A stretch of DNA of 64,000 nucleotides, taken from Candidatus Omnitrophota bacterium (GTDB lineage Bacteria > Omnitrophota > Gorgyraeia > Gygaellales > Profunditerraquicolaceae). The translations under genes were made by a program, and so were the position numbers. The stretch lies in NCBI GenBank assembly GCA_023819035.1, contig JAMWCL010000001.1, forward strand, positions 2,226 through 66,225, written 5' to 3'. Below are positions 18,922 through 29,008 of this stretch, piece by piece (the stretch's first letter is position 1; the number at the start of each line of letters is the position of its first letter). The notes below the pieces were generated by a model. The model searched no databases. It worked only from the letters and a program-made list of their open reading frames with translations, and was not told the DNA's origin.

Positions 18922-20008
18922 TAAGCATCTTTTTTACTGCCTGCATAACATCCTCTGGCGTAATTACCCTTAAACACTTAAGGTCTCTACAGGAGAATCT
19001 CTCACAGGGACGCAGACAATCTACAGGCTTTCTTAAAAGAATATATCTTTCTGGACTTGTGTAAGGAAAGAATTTATCCACATCACCTGGTCCAAAGATA
19101 GCAATTAAAGCTGTATTTACCGCTACCGCAATATGCATGGGTCCGCTATCATTGGTAATAAATAAATTAAGCCGTTCAATTAAGGCAGATAAACCTTTGA
19201 GGGAAAGCTTATCCGCAATAAGAATATTATTTTTAATCTCCTGCTTAAGTCTATCTAAATCCTTTTGTTTAATAATCTCACCAATAATTATCACCTTGCC
19301 TTTATATTCTTCGATTATCCTTTCAGCTAAACCTATCCAATACTCTTTAGGCCATCGGCGACTGGGTCGAAAGGCTCCGGGATTAAGACCAATAAGTAAC
19401 TCCTGAGGCGAAATATTATTATCCCTTAAGAGATCTTCAATTGCTTTTCTCTCCTTAAAACTTAATGGTATCTCTAAACCTTTATCTTTTATCTCTGCAC
19501 CCAATCTCTTAGCTACCCTAAGATTTGCTTCTACTGCATGGAGTTTATCTTGGGTTTTTTCTTCTACTTTAATATTAAAGAAGAATCCCCGACCATCAGT
19601 ATCCCTGCCTACCTTATACTTACTACCAATAAACCAGAATAACAATGCCATCTTTAAAGCACCTTTAAAAGAAGATATCTCTTCTAAGTTAATCAGCATA
19701 TCAAATCTATGGCGATTTAATTCCTTTAAGACCTTAAAGACCCTTAAAAAAGCACCTTTATAAAATAAACTCATTATATCTGTAAAGCGGATATCCAAAG
19801 CAAACACCTCATCTATGTAAGGTAAACCCTTAATAAGATCAGCGGAACGCGAAAGAACTAAAAGCCCTATATAGGCACAGGGAAATAAATTGCGTAATGC
19901 CCTTAAGGTAGGGGTAGCCATAACCAGATCCCCAATCCCTGCCAACTGCACAACCAGGATCTTTTTAACCGCTGGGATTAAGCTTTTATGATTATAAGGT
20001 ATAACCAT
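18905..20008 (-). CDS. GT9 (heptosyltransferase-like) glycosyltransferase
   Basis: GIGDLV, RRWP and NDSGPMHIA motifs. Confidence 0.9.
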   Translation of the reverse strand: MVIPYNHKSLIPAVKKILVVQLAGIGDLVMATPTLRALRNLFPCAYIGLLVLSRSADLIKGLPYIDEVFALDIRFTDIMSLFYKGAFLRVFKVLKELNRHRFDMLINLEEISSFKGALKMALLFWFIGSKYKVGRDTDGRGFFFNIKVEEKTQDKLHAVEANLRVAKRLGAEIKDKGLEIPLSFKERKAIEDLLRDNNISPQELLIGLNPGAFRPSRRWPKEYWIGLAERIIEEYKGKVIIIGEIIKQKDLDRLKQEIKNNILIADKLSLKGLSALIERLNLFITNDSGPMHIAVAVNTALIAIFGPGDVDKFFPYTSPERYILLRKPVDCLRPCERFSCRDLKCLRVITPEDVMQAVKKMLNVRIH

Positions 20009-20010
20009 CT

Positions 20011-21114
20011 TTAGTTTAATTCCTTAAGGATAGCCAATAAATCTTGCGACATCTTTTCGGTAGAAAATTGCCTTGCCCTATTTAAGGCTCTCTGAATCAA
20101 ATCCTTTCTGAGCTCCTCATCGCTAAGCACCTCCTCCATTGCTCTGCGGAGTGCCTCACTGCTATAGGAATTTAAAAGGATACCACTATCACCGACTACC
20201 TCTGATAAAGCAGAAACATTAAAGGCAATAACCGGCAGACCACAGGCCATTGCTTCTAAAACCGGTAGACCAAATCCTTCATATAAAGAAGGAAAGACAA
20301 AAATACTGGCAGAATTGTAGATAAAGCCCAATTCTTCATCATTAACATAACCAGTAAATATAACCTTATCTTTAAGTCCTAAATTCCCAACCAATCTTAT
20401 GAGGTTTTGCTGATCTCTATCCTTCCTGCCTACAAGCACCAGTTTAAATTTATCCTTTAGATTTCCCGGAAGTCTATAATAAGCCTCGATCAAGGTCTTA
20501 ACATTCTTATGAGGCCGGAAGTTTCCCGTATATAAAATAAAACTTTCATCGATACCATATTTAGAAAGAACCTTCTTATCCAGATTATCCATTTTGTAAA
20601 ATCTCCTCTCATCAACCCCCAGCATAATTACCCTGATCTTATCAGGGCTTATCTTAAATACCTTAACTATATCATTTTTTGAATATTCAGAGATAGTAAC
20701 AATCACATCTGCCTTTTTAATTGCTATTTTTAACAATCCTTTAAAATATAAGAAGTTCTTTAGATTCTGATAGCCTTTAAATCTAAATGGGATAAGATCA
20801 TTAATAATTAAAACTAATCTTGCTTTACAAAGTAAAGGAGCCTTATAATAAGGGGTCAAGAAGATATCTACATTATGTTTTTTTAAATAAGCGGGCAGTT
20901 GTACCTGATCCCATAAAGGGGTTATATATTCAGGGATAGATACCTTCTTAATATAGGAAGCCTCGATAGGGGTTTGTGTCTTTTGATTGCAGAAAAGAAT
21001 AAATTCCCAGCCACTTTCATTAACTACCCGTGAGTTTAAAAAATTTATCAGGTACCTGGCGATCCCTGTTGGTTTTGCCTTCTCTAATTCCCGCGCATCA
21101 ATACCTACCCTCAT
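20011..21114 (-). CDS. GT4 glycosyltransferase (mannosyltransferase-like)
   Basis: TGIARY and [18 protein letters not shown]. Confidence 0.9.
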   Translation of the reverse strand: MRVGIDARELEKAKPTGIARYLINFLNSRVVNESGWEFILFCNQKTQTPIEASYIKKVSIPEYITPLWDQVQLPAYLKKHNVDIFLTPYYKAPLLCKARLVLIINDLIPFRFKGYQNLKNFLYFKGLLKIAIKKADVIVTISEYSKNDIVKVFKISPDKIRVIMLGVDERRFYKMDNLDKKVLSKYGIDESFILYTGNFRPHKNVKTLIEAYYRLPGNLKDKFKLVLVGRKDRDQQNLIRLVGNLGLKDKVIFTGYVNDEELGFIYNSASIFVFPSLYEGFGLPVLEAMACGLPVIAFNVSALSEVVGDSGILLNSYSSEALRRAMEEVLSDEELRKDLIQRALNRARQFSTEKMSQDLLAILKELN

Positions 21115-22219
21115 AATCTTTTAACAAGACCTCTTCATACAATCTTTCTGTTAAGGTTACATTTTTTTCAATAGAAAACCTCTCTACTACCTTTTGTCGA
21201 CCAGCCAAACCCATTTTTTTTGCTTCTTCTTCATTGCTTAAAAGCTCTATCAATGCGCACGCCAGTGCCTGCGGATCTTCGGGTGGAACCAAAAGACCAT
21301 CTACCTTATGCTCGATTATCTCTAAATTTCCTCCTACGCGGGTAGCCACTACAGGTAATCCAGTAGACATTGCTTCTAAGATACTTCGGCTGAACCCTTC
21401 GCTTAATGAAGGTAGGCAAAAGATATCCATAATCTTAAGCAAATGCCAAACCTCCTCATAGAATCCCGTAAGAATAAAATGTTCGGTAATCCCTAACTTT
21501 TTTATTTTATCTATAAATTTCATTTTTAGGTTAATATCTCCTTCCCCTACCCACAGAAATTTAACCTCAGGAAAACCTTTAATCACCTCCTTGATAGCAT
21601 AAATTAATGTTTCATAACCTTTTCGGGGGGAAAATCTTCCTAAGGTTCCAATAACCTTCTGAGAAGGTTTAATGCCAAAATAATTCCTTAGATTGAAATC
21701 ATCCTTTCCTGGGCTAAATCTGTTAACATCGACGCCATTATAAATAAGTGCTAACCTATCCTTATTTAACCAAGCAAATCTTTTGGCTACGCTCTTTGAG
21801 ACCACAATTATCTTTTTACAGTGGTAGGCGATAAATCTATCTAACAGAATATCCACATAAGGAATACGCACATGCCAGATAAGGGGTATATTTAATACCT
21901 TATTGACCATACTTGCATATAAGCCAGCGCGGGATGTGTTAGCATGGATTAAATCAATTCTGTGGAGCCTAATAAACTTAAGTAATTTATTTATCGCGTT
22001 AAGAAAAATAAATGGATTTAAACTCTTTAAGGTAGGTAAAGGGATAATCCTGTAGATGATATTAAGCTTTTTGATCTGCTGGCTTAATCTGCCTTCTTCA
22101 GAAACTATCACATAGATATCAAACCTACTGCGATCTATCCTGCGTAATAATTCTATAAGACTTATCTGACCGCCTCCTAATAATCCTTTTGTGTGATCTA
22201 TATAAAGTATCCTATACAT
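21098..22219 (-). CDS. GT4 glycosyltransferase
   Basis: GGGQ and EGFSRSILEAM motifs. Confidence 0.9.
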   Translation of the reverse strand: MYRILYIDHTKGLLGGGQISLIELLRRIDRSRFDIYVIVSEEGRLSQQIKKLNIIYRIIPLPTLKSLNPFIFLNAINKLLKFIRLHRIDLIHANTSRAGLYASMVNKVLNIPLIWHVRIPYVDILLDRFIAYHCKKIIVVSKSVAKRFAWLNKDRLALIYNGVDVNRFSPGKDDFNLRNYFGIKPSQKVIGTLGRFSPRKGYETLIYAIKEVIKGFPEVKFLWVGEGDINLKMKFIDKIKKLGITEHFILTGFYEEVWHLLKIMDIFCLPSLSEGFSRSILEAMSTGLPVVATRVGGNLEIIEHKVDGLLVPPEDPQALACALIELLSNEEEAKKMGLAGRQKVVERFSIEKNVTLTERLYEEVLLKDYEGRY

Positions 22220-22994
22220 TTTGCTTTATGCTTTTATTTTGAAATTCCCAAAGTTTTGCATAAGTAATGAACAGCAGCAAACCAGAAGCAAAACTAATGA
22301 ATAATCCACGCCATCCGTCTTTATAACCTCTTAAAAAAATATACTTATACAATAATACAAAAATTGGTTTTATAAAAAAATAAATAAAAAAATTAAATCG
22401 GTTTAATCTTACTCCGTGCAGATAATATTGCTTGGCGATACCAAGGCTATAAAGATTTAACTTATCAATGTATTGCTCAAAGGAGGTGTAACTGTAATGT
22501 AAAAGGTGATTCTTCAGATAACCTACCCGCGTTTTATCAACTATCTTTGGTGTATCATCAATCACTATTGATATCGGCCATTGGGTTATACCTTTGCGAA
22601 ACAACCTTATTATATAATCAGGATACCAACCACATCCTCTTATCCATTTTCCCAAAAAGAAGTTTTTACGATTTATATAGTAACCTAGCATATCTTTGTT
22701 TTTTATAGCAGATCTTATTTCCATGGCTAACTCGGGACTAACTACCTCATCACCATCTAAACTTAAGATCCAATCTCCGCCTGCTTTCTCAATACCTAAA
22801 TTTTTATTTTTATGAAAATCCCCTTGACTGTCATGAATAAAGACTAAAGGAGTATAGAGTCTACAAATCTCAACCGTCTTATCAGAGCTTACATCATCTA
22901 CTATCACTATCTCATCAGCCCATTTGACTGATTCCAAGGTTCTTTTTATATTCTTCTCTTCATTCTTAACCGCAATCACTACCGATAATCTCAT
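22212..22994 (-). CDS. GT2 glycosyltransferase (WaaE/LgtF-like)
   Basis: NEEKNI, VDD, LDGDE and GWYPD motifs. Confidence 0.9.
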   Translation of the reverse strand: MRLSVVIAVKNEEKNIKRTLESVKWADEIVIVDDVSSDKTVEICRLYTPLVFIHDSQGDFHKNKNLGIEKAGGDWILSLDGDEVVSPELAMEIRSAIKNKDMLGYYINRKNFFLGKWIRGCGWYPDYIIRLFRKGITQWPISIVIDDTPKIVDKTRVGYLKNHLLHYSYTSFEQYIDKLNLYSLGIAKQYYLHGVRLNRFNFFIYFFIKPIFVLLYKYIFLRGYKDGWRGLFISFASGLLLFITYAKLWEFQNKSIKQNV

Positions 22995-23056
22995 TTTTAG
23001 AATTTTATAAATTAATTTAAGATATCTTTGTCTTTAAAAATCCTTCCTTGCTTGTC

Positions 23057-24511
23057 CTAAAAAATCTTTAGCTTCTGCTTAAAAAACCTAAAATACCTAC
23101 CTATGATTATCCTTTCCTCATCATCAAAATATTTAATAATATAAAGAAGGATTAAATAAGCGATGCCAGCAAAAGGGACGATTACTATAAGATTAACCTT
23201 TAGATGTTCTAATAAAATAACTAATATACCCATCAAAATAGCAGAGAAAATTGACTTTAATATCATTGCTAGGGGAAGATATTTAAATTCTTTTTCTATC
23301 ACCATGTAAAAAATAATTGAAAAAAGAATCTCCGAAACTACAGTGGCAGAAGCTGCACCGATATAGCTATATTTAGGTATAAGCATAAGATTAAGTAAAA
23401 CATTAGTTATTACGGTAAAGGTAAGCATCTTGGCAATAAGCAACTGACGAGCAACCGAGGTAAGAAAGTAACCGATAAAACTGTTTAGAAAACTAAAAAT
23501 AATAATTGGAGAAAAGATCTTAAAGACAATTGCGGATTGTTGATAATGTGGACCGAAGATAAGATTAATTATCCTATCCGCAAGCAGAAAACACCCTAAA
23601 GAAAGGGGAATCCCCATAGCAATTATTACCTTAAATGATTTCTCATAAATTTTTTTTAACAGCGTAAAAGATTCTTTTGATAATCTTGACAAAAGTGGAA
23701 ATACCGCAGAAAGAAAGGCTCCCGAAAGAACCGCAAGGGTATAAAATAAATGATAACTAACACTATATCTTCCCGCTATCTCTTCGCCCTTCATCTTTCC
23801 CAACATCACGATATCAATATTAAAATAAACCATAGAAAGTAAAGCAACAATGGCTAAGATACTGCTTTCTTTTAATATATTTTTCCATAAAAAGAGATTT
23901 ATCTTATAATTCGGTCTAAAAAACCGCAAGTTAACTATAAGCATATTGGCTAAAAAAATTAATACCCCGCTAAAAAGATAAGCCAGACCTATACCGGTGA
24001 TCCCATACTTTTTAGAGATCAGGATAAAACATAACAAAAATAAAAATGCCTTTTCGGTTATATCAGATAATACCACATAGATCATCTTCTGGTATGCTTG
24101 AAAGACCGCTTTAAATAAACCTCCCATATTCTCAAAGAGTAAATAACCAGCCAATAGATAAACAATTAATCCTGTCTCATAAGGAACCCGGATAAGCTTT
24201 AAAGCAAAAATAATTATTGTAAAGGTAAAAACTGATAATAATCCCTTTAATATAACCGCATTTCCTATATATACATCCGCCCCTTCCCGGTTGCGTGCTA
24301 CCTCCCGGATACTTAAGGTAATTATTCCTAAGTCCGCAAATAATAAAAAAAGCCCCACAAAGCTAATGGCAAAACTTAATCTCCCAAAATCTACCGTTTC
24401 CAGATTACGGGCTAAATAAACTGTTAATAAAAAGGATATGAGCCTGGCAAAAACACGTTGGAATAAAAGCCAGAAGGTATTAATAAATACTTTGCTAAAA
24501 ATATCTTTCAT
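23057..24511 (-). CDS. wzx: Wzx flippase
   Basis: Polytopic MOP-family membrane protein with DLGI, DIVML and LIPKYSYIGAA motifs. Confidence 0.88.
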   Translation of the reverse strand: MKDIFSKVFINTFWLLFQRVFARLISFLLTVYLARNLETVDFGRLSFAISFVGLFLLFADLGIITLSIREVARNREGADVYIGNAVILKGLLSVFTFTIIIFALKLIRVPYETGLIVYLLAGYLLFENMGGLFKAVFQAYQKMIYVVLSDITEKAFLFLLCFILISKKYGITGIGLAYLFSGVLIFLANMLIVNLRFFRPNYKINLFLWKNILKESSILAIVALLSMVYFNIDIVMLGKMKGEEIAGRYSVSYHLFYTLAVLSGAFLSAVFPLLSRLSKESFTLLKKIYEKSFKVIIAMGIPLSLGCFLLADRIINLIFGPHYQQSAIVFKIFSPIIIFSFLNSFIGYFLTSVARQLLIAKMLTFTVITNVLLNLMLIPKYSYIGAASATVVSEILFSIIFYMVIEKEFKYLPLAMILKSIFSAILMGILVILLEHLKVNLIVIVPFAGIAYLILLYIIKYFDDEERIIIGRYFRFFKQKLKIF

Positions 24512-25534
24512 TTAAGCTATTTTATCTTTTATAAAAGAGATTAATTCCTTCATTCTCTGAACATAGGTATGCTCTAAATATGCCCGTTGCTGTCCACGCA
24601 TAGAGATCTCCTGTCGCTTCTGGGGATCTCTTAAATAAAAATTAATCAATTCTCTTAATTCATCCTTATCCTTAAAACAGACTATCTCTTGGTTTATCTT
24701 AAAGAAATCTTCCAGACCATTTACATAGTCGGTAAGTAAGAATGCACCGCAAGCAGTTACCTCAAAATCACGCATAATCGGACAGGTCTGTGGTGAATGA
24801 ATATTAAGCACTATCTTTGCAGCATTATAAACCTTAACCAGCTCTTTGCCCCAAACCTGCTGACCAGTAAATTTATTATACAAAGGAGAGTTTTTAGGAA
24901 TAGGCTCTTTTATAATCTTATAATCCTGCTTAAGATAATAGATAAATCTTGGTGCCCAAATCTTGATATCAAAATCCACCAACCACTCAAAAACCTTTGC
25001 CCTTTCTGGATTAACTGTACCAGAAAAGCAGATATCACTGCGGTATTGTTTTAATTGTCCTGGTGAGAGACTAATCTTTTTGTGGATATTGGGCATACAG
25101 CCGAAGGTAAGAAAAGCAACATTGGGACAGCCTGCATCTTTATGTACATTAACGCTATTTATATCATTGGTAAAAAAGAAGTCATAAAGAGGAGATAATT
25201 TACGAGAAATCTCAAGACGATAGGGATCATCTATCCAATAGTTTGCAAGAGGTATTTTAAATCTTTTCTTAATATATATAATGACATCTTTAGGAATTAT
25301 ATCTCCTTTTATCACTAATATTAACTTTGGCTTAAAGGAAAGGATTTTATGATAAAGCCTTTCTTTTATATAAAAATCTTCTAAACCTTCTAAGATGCCA
25401 AATCGTTGCCAGATTCTATGCTTAAAGTATTTAAAGTCATCTACTCTATAACCGATCTCTTCTAAGGCAAGCTTGCAATAATTGCCTAACTCAAATGCTG
25501 TTCTTGTCCAAGGAAGAATCAACAATATCCTCAT
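24512..25534 (-). CDS. CgeB-like (Glyco_trans_1_2) glycosyltransferase
   Basis: DDPY, KIVLN, RDFEVTACG and HTYVQR motifs. Confidence 0.82.
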   Translation of the reverse strand: MRILLILPWTRTAFELGNYCKLALEEIGYRVDDFKYFKHRIWQRFGILEGLEDFYIKERLYHKILSFKPKLILVIKGDIIPKDVIIYIKKRFKIPLANYWIDDPYRLEISRKLSPLYDFFFTNDINSVNVHKDAGCPNVAFLTFGCMPNIHKKISLSPGQLKQYRSDICFSGTVNPERAKVFEWLVDFDIKIWAPRFIYYLKQDYKIIKEPIPKNSPLYNKFTGQQVWGKELVKVYNAAKIVLNIHSPQTCPIMRDFEVTACGAFLLTDYVNGLEDFFKINQEIVCFKDKDELRELINFYLRDPQKRQEISMRGQQRAYLEHTYVQRMKELISFIKDKIA

Positions 25535-25554
25535 TGCCTTTACTTCTGATTTTT

Positions 25555-26565
25555 TTAGATTTTTTTAGCTACAACACTTAAATTACCACCCAACTTAATT
25601 ATATCCATAAATCTTCCCAAGCCAAAAAAGATAAGATATTCTATATAATGAAAAAATACCTTCCCGGAAGAAAAACTAAAAGGCTTAAGCAAGGTAAAGT
25701 CAACTGGATTGAAATTATCTTCTCTAGATAAGATTGGTCTACAATTATATAACCCGAGATCACCTAAAAGATATCTTAAGCTTTCTGAATATTCAGCCAT
25801 ATATTTAGTATGTGTAGATATAAATTTAAATTCTATAGGAGAGAATTTACAGATTATTAAAATTTTTTCTAATGTGCGACGAGTGAAGTGATATAGATGT
25901 AAAGGAGCACTTATGCCTAACCATTTATCTCTAAAAATAAAAGAAGAAAATCCTCCAAAGTTAGGAACCTCAATAACAACAATCCCATCTTCTTTAAGTA
26001 TCAAATGGATCTTTCTTAAGGTCGCAACCGGATCTCTAAGATGTTCAAGACTGTGGATAAGACTAACTACATCAAAGAACTGCAAAGGATAACTGGCCTC
26101 TTCTATATCTCCACAAGAAATATCTAAACCAAATCTTTCTTTAGCAAACTGCACTGCTTTAGGGTTTAATTCTATCCCATAGGTCTGCCAACCCAAATCT
26201 TTCAAAAATTTTAAAAACAAACCATCCTTACAACCAACATCTAAGATTCTGCCGGATTTTTTATATTTCAAGATAGATCTTGCCTTAAGCTCCATCATAC
26301 TCTGATTAGGCGTTTCCCAAATAAAAGATTTTTTCATTTTGATATTATCGTATATCCGGCTTTGATATTCATTTAAATAATACCGAAAAAGTTCTTGTTT
26401 TATGGGACGGGGGTTAACATATACTAGACCACATGACTTACACTTTACAATCCTAAAGAACCCGCCTTTTTCATTAGTTCTATCTTTGGCAACAAAAAGA
26501 AGTTTTGAATTATCTTTACCACACAGATTACATCCTACAAATTCTTGAAAAGACTTTCTATTCAT
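25555..26565 (-). CDS. Class I SAM methyltransferase with Zn-ribbon
   Basis: CNLC...CKSCGLVYVNPRP, LDVGC, LEHL and PLHL motifs. Confidence 0.88.
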   Translation of the reverse strand: MNRKSFQEFVGCNLCGKDNSKLLFVAKDRTNEKGGFFRIVKCKSCGLVYVNPRPIKQELFRYYLNEYQSRIYDNIKMKKSFIWETPNQSMMELKARSILKYKKSGRILDVGCKDGLFLKFLKDLGWQTYGIELNPKAVQFAKERFGLDISCGDIEEASYPLQFFDVVSLIHSLEHLRDPVATLRKIHLILKEDGIVVIEVPNFGGFSSFIFRDKWLGISAPLHLYHFTRRTLEKILIICKFSPIEFKFISTHTKYMAEYSESLRYLLGDLGLYNCRPILSREDNFNPVDFTLLKPFSFSSGKVFFHYIEYLIFFGLGRFMDIIKLGGNLSVVAKKI

Positions 26566-27562
26566 CTATATCCTTCTTTGCGCATACATATAAATTATCT
26601 CCATTACCTATTATGTCCATTAAACCTGCTAATGGATACAATAGGATTGATTCTGCTTTATGTAATACCTTCTTTAGGAGGTCCTTAAGAATCTGTTTAT
26701 CGATTAATGCATAATTTTTAGAAGAGATTGATTTTAGAGAGACATCTCGGGCAGGATACAGGTGATGTTTTCTTAACCAGTAACGCAAACTTTGTGAATA
26801 ACCTGTAGTAATATCTAAATGATTTAAATTTGACATACTGAATAATGCAAGAATTTTAAAACCTGCCTTCTTTAACATTTTCTTTAAGTGATCTTTAGTA
26901 AACTGCATAAGATGACGAGGCACATCTAAAATATGCCAACTATCCTGAAAGAGAATCCTCTGAAAGCTTAAAAAATTAGGTACAGTAATCACTAATATTG
27001 CCTCATCTTTAAGCATATATCTTATTTTTAATAGAATAGAAAGCGGATCATATAAGTGTTCTAAGACCTCAAACATACAGATAATATCAAATAATTCCTT
27101 GCCAGGATTAAAATCAGCAATCGAACCTGTAAATACATCTATACCCAGAACCTCCCTGGCATAATTAGAGGCATACTCTGAGATCTCTACCCCAAATACA
27201 GAATAACCTTTTTCTTTTAAGAACTTAAGAAAAAAGCCTTCACCACAACCTATTTCTAATACCTTTCCTTTTTGCTTATATTTTGAGATTGGCTTATAGC
27301 GATTCTCTAAGATTTTTTTTAACTTAAAGTTATAGATATTACTCAGATTAACCTTGGCAGAAATGCGGGAGAAATATTTAGGTGGATAAAATACCTGGAT
27401 GGCTTGAATGGTTGGCCGGGGATTGACATAGACAAATCCACAAAGATTACACTTTACTACCCTAAAAAACCCATCGATATCCCAAATGATATCTCTGGCA
27501 ATATATACTAACTGCGTATCATCTGCTCCGCATAGATAACAATTTATATATTCTGTCTCCAT
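26558..27562 (-). CDS. Class I SAM methyltransferase with Zn-ribbon, paralog of its neighbour
   Basis: CYLC...CNLCGFVYVNPRP, LEIGCGEG and LEHL motifs. Confidence 0.88.
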   Translation of the reverse strand: METEYINCYLCGADDTQLVYIARDIIWDIDGFFRVVKCNLCGFVYVNPRPTIQAIQVFYPPKYFSRISAKVNLSNIYNFKLKKILENRYKPISKYKQKGKVLEIGCGEGFFLKFLKEKGYSVFGVEISEYASNYAREVLGIDVFTGSIADFNPGKELFDIICMFEVLEHLYDPLSILLKIRYMLKDEAILVITVPNFLSFQRILFQDSWHILDVPRHLMQFTKDHLKKMLKKAGFKILALFSMSNLNHLDITTGYSQSLRYWLRKHHLYPARDVSLKSISSKNYALIDKQILKDLLKKVLHKAESILLYPLAGLMDIIGNGDNLYVCAKKDIDE

Positions 27563-27592
27563 AAGATTAATGCTTTCAGATTAATAACTTCT

Positions 27593-28936
27593 TTAGCTAT
27601 AGAAATCTGAGAGCCTTACTACCATGGCAGTTAAAAACCAAAATGGCTCCATAATTCTAATAATGATAAAGGTCTCTGCAGATAAACCATGCACCAGAAG
27701 ACCTACCAATCCTGCTAAAAAACCTGTAATAAGAGAAGTAGCAAACCTATCCTCTATATCTTTAAGATTGTTAAGGCAGTATTTAAATATTGTAAAGATA
27801 ACCCAAAAGAAACCCAACATTCCTACGCTTCCTACCTCAAGCATTAAGCGTGCATATTGATTATCTAATATAGGAGATGGGCTTCCTATACCGTAACCCA
27901 GGATTGGCTCCTTAACCCATCTTTTTAAAGCAGCCTTAAATACCTCAATACGGGCAGCTGCAGATTCCTCAAGATTTATTGCCTTTCCCAATATTACAAA
28001 ATGCCTTCCAGGAAGGAAGGTATAATGTATGCGTGCAAAGAAATAACGCGGAAAGATAAAGGGAGAAAGCAATACTAATAATACAGAGATTAGGATAAGC
28101 ATCAATTTAGCGCGCCGGGTAAGCAAGATGAGGGTAATAAAAGCAGGGATAAACGCCAACCAAGAACCGCGTGAGAGGGTAAAGATTAAGGTGGGATAAC
28201 CTAAGAGCAATACCAATGATAAAAATAACCTCTCTTTTATTGAATCAGAATGTATGAAAAACGAGGTAGCAAGCATAAGGATAAAGACTAAATAGCCACC
28301 TAAGGTATTTGCCTCGCCTTTATCTCCCTCAAACGGCGCGGTGACCCTTTCTACACCTTTTAAATGCATAATAAAGCCATATAAACTGATAAGCAGAGAA
28401 ACTACAAGGATATAGAAAATAAACGCCTTCATCTGTTTTTTATCCTTAAGATGATTTGTTACCATAAAGAAAAGTAGATAATACTCAAAATATTTTAAAA
28501 GGTAAAATATACTTATGTTTAGTTTAGCATAACCCCTTAATACCCCAAGCAGAGTAGCCACTAAAGAAATAAAGATATACACTAACAATGGTCGATTAAG
28601 GGGATTTGTCTTTAATAGCCCCATTTCCTTATTAACTGCTAATCTTGCCAGCCAACCAAAAAAGACCACAAATAAAAACACATCATCCATCCGTAAGACT
28701 ACCTCCCTGCCACCGGCCATTCCTAATTTTATCTCAGGAGAAAGAAATATGGAAAATATTAAGAATAAGAAGGCAAAATCCGTATAGGCAAAGGAGATTA
28801 AAAAGATAAAAAAGGAAAAGGCTAAAAGAAGAAAAAAGGTCTTAGGTAAACCTAAGACACTTAAGCTTAATAGGATGGTAAGTAAAACTCCTAAGATAAC
28901 ATTTAAAAAGTTTACCTGTGCATTATCTCTATACAT
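27593..28936 (-). CDS. Wzy polymerase / O-antigen ligase family protein
   Basis: Polytopic membrane protein with TLSRGSW, PILGYG and DNQY..L.E.G motifs. Confidence 0.85.
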   Translation of the reverse strand: MYRDNAQVNFLNVILGVLLTILLSLSVLGLPKTFFLLLAFSFFIFLISFAYTDFAFLFLIFSIFLSPEIKLGMAGGREVVLRMDDVFLFVVFFGWLARLAVNKEMGLLKTNPLNRPLLVYIFISLVATLLGVLRGYAKLNISIFYLLKYFEYYLLFFMVTNHLKDKKQMKAFIFYILVVSLLISLYGFIMHLKGVERVTAPFEGDKGEANTLGGYLVFILMLATSFFIHSDSIKERLFLSLVLLLGYPTLIFTLSRGSWLAFIPAFITLILLTRRAKLMLILISVLLVLLSPFIFPRYFFARIHYTFLPGRHFVILGKAINLEESAAARIEVFKAALKRWVKEPILGYGIGSPSPILDNQYARLMLEVGSVGMLGFFWVIFTIFKYCLNNLKDIEDRFATSLITGFLAGLVGLLVHGLSAETFIIIRIMEPFWFLTAMVVRLSDFYS

Positions 28937-28944
28937 CTAATAAA

Positions 28945-28973
28945 ATTAAGGGGGCATAATCAGCCCCTTTAAT
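28945..28973 (-). terminator. GC-rich hairpin between wzc and wzy (weak terminator or mRNA-stabilising stem)
   Basis: Minus strand ATTAAAGGGGC-7 nt-GCCCCCTTAAT followed by a short T tract. Confidence 0.4.
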
Positions 28974-29008
28974 CTTAAGGAAGTAAATCCCATTAAAATC
29001 TTTTAGTT

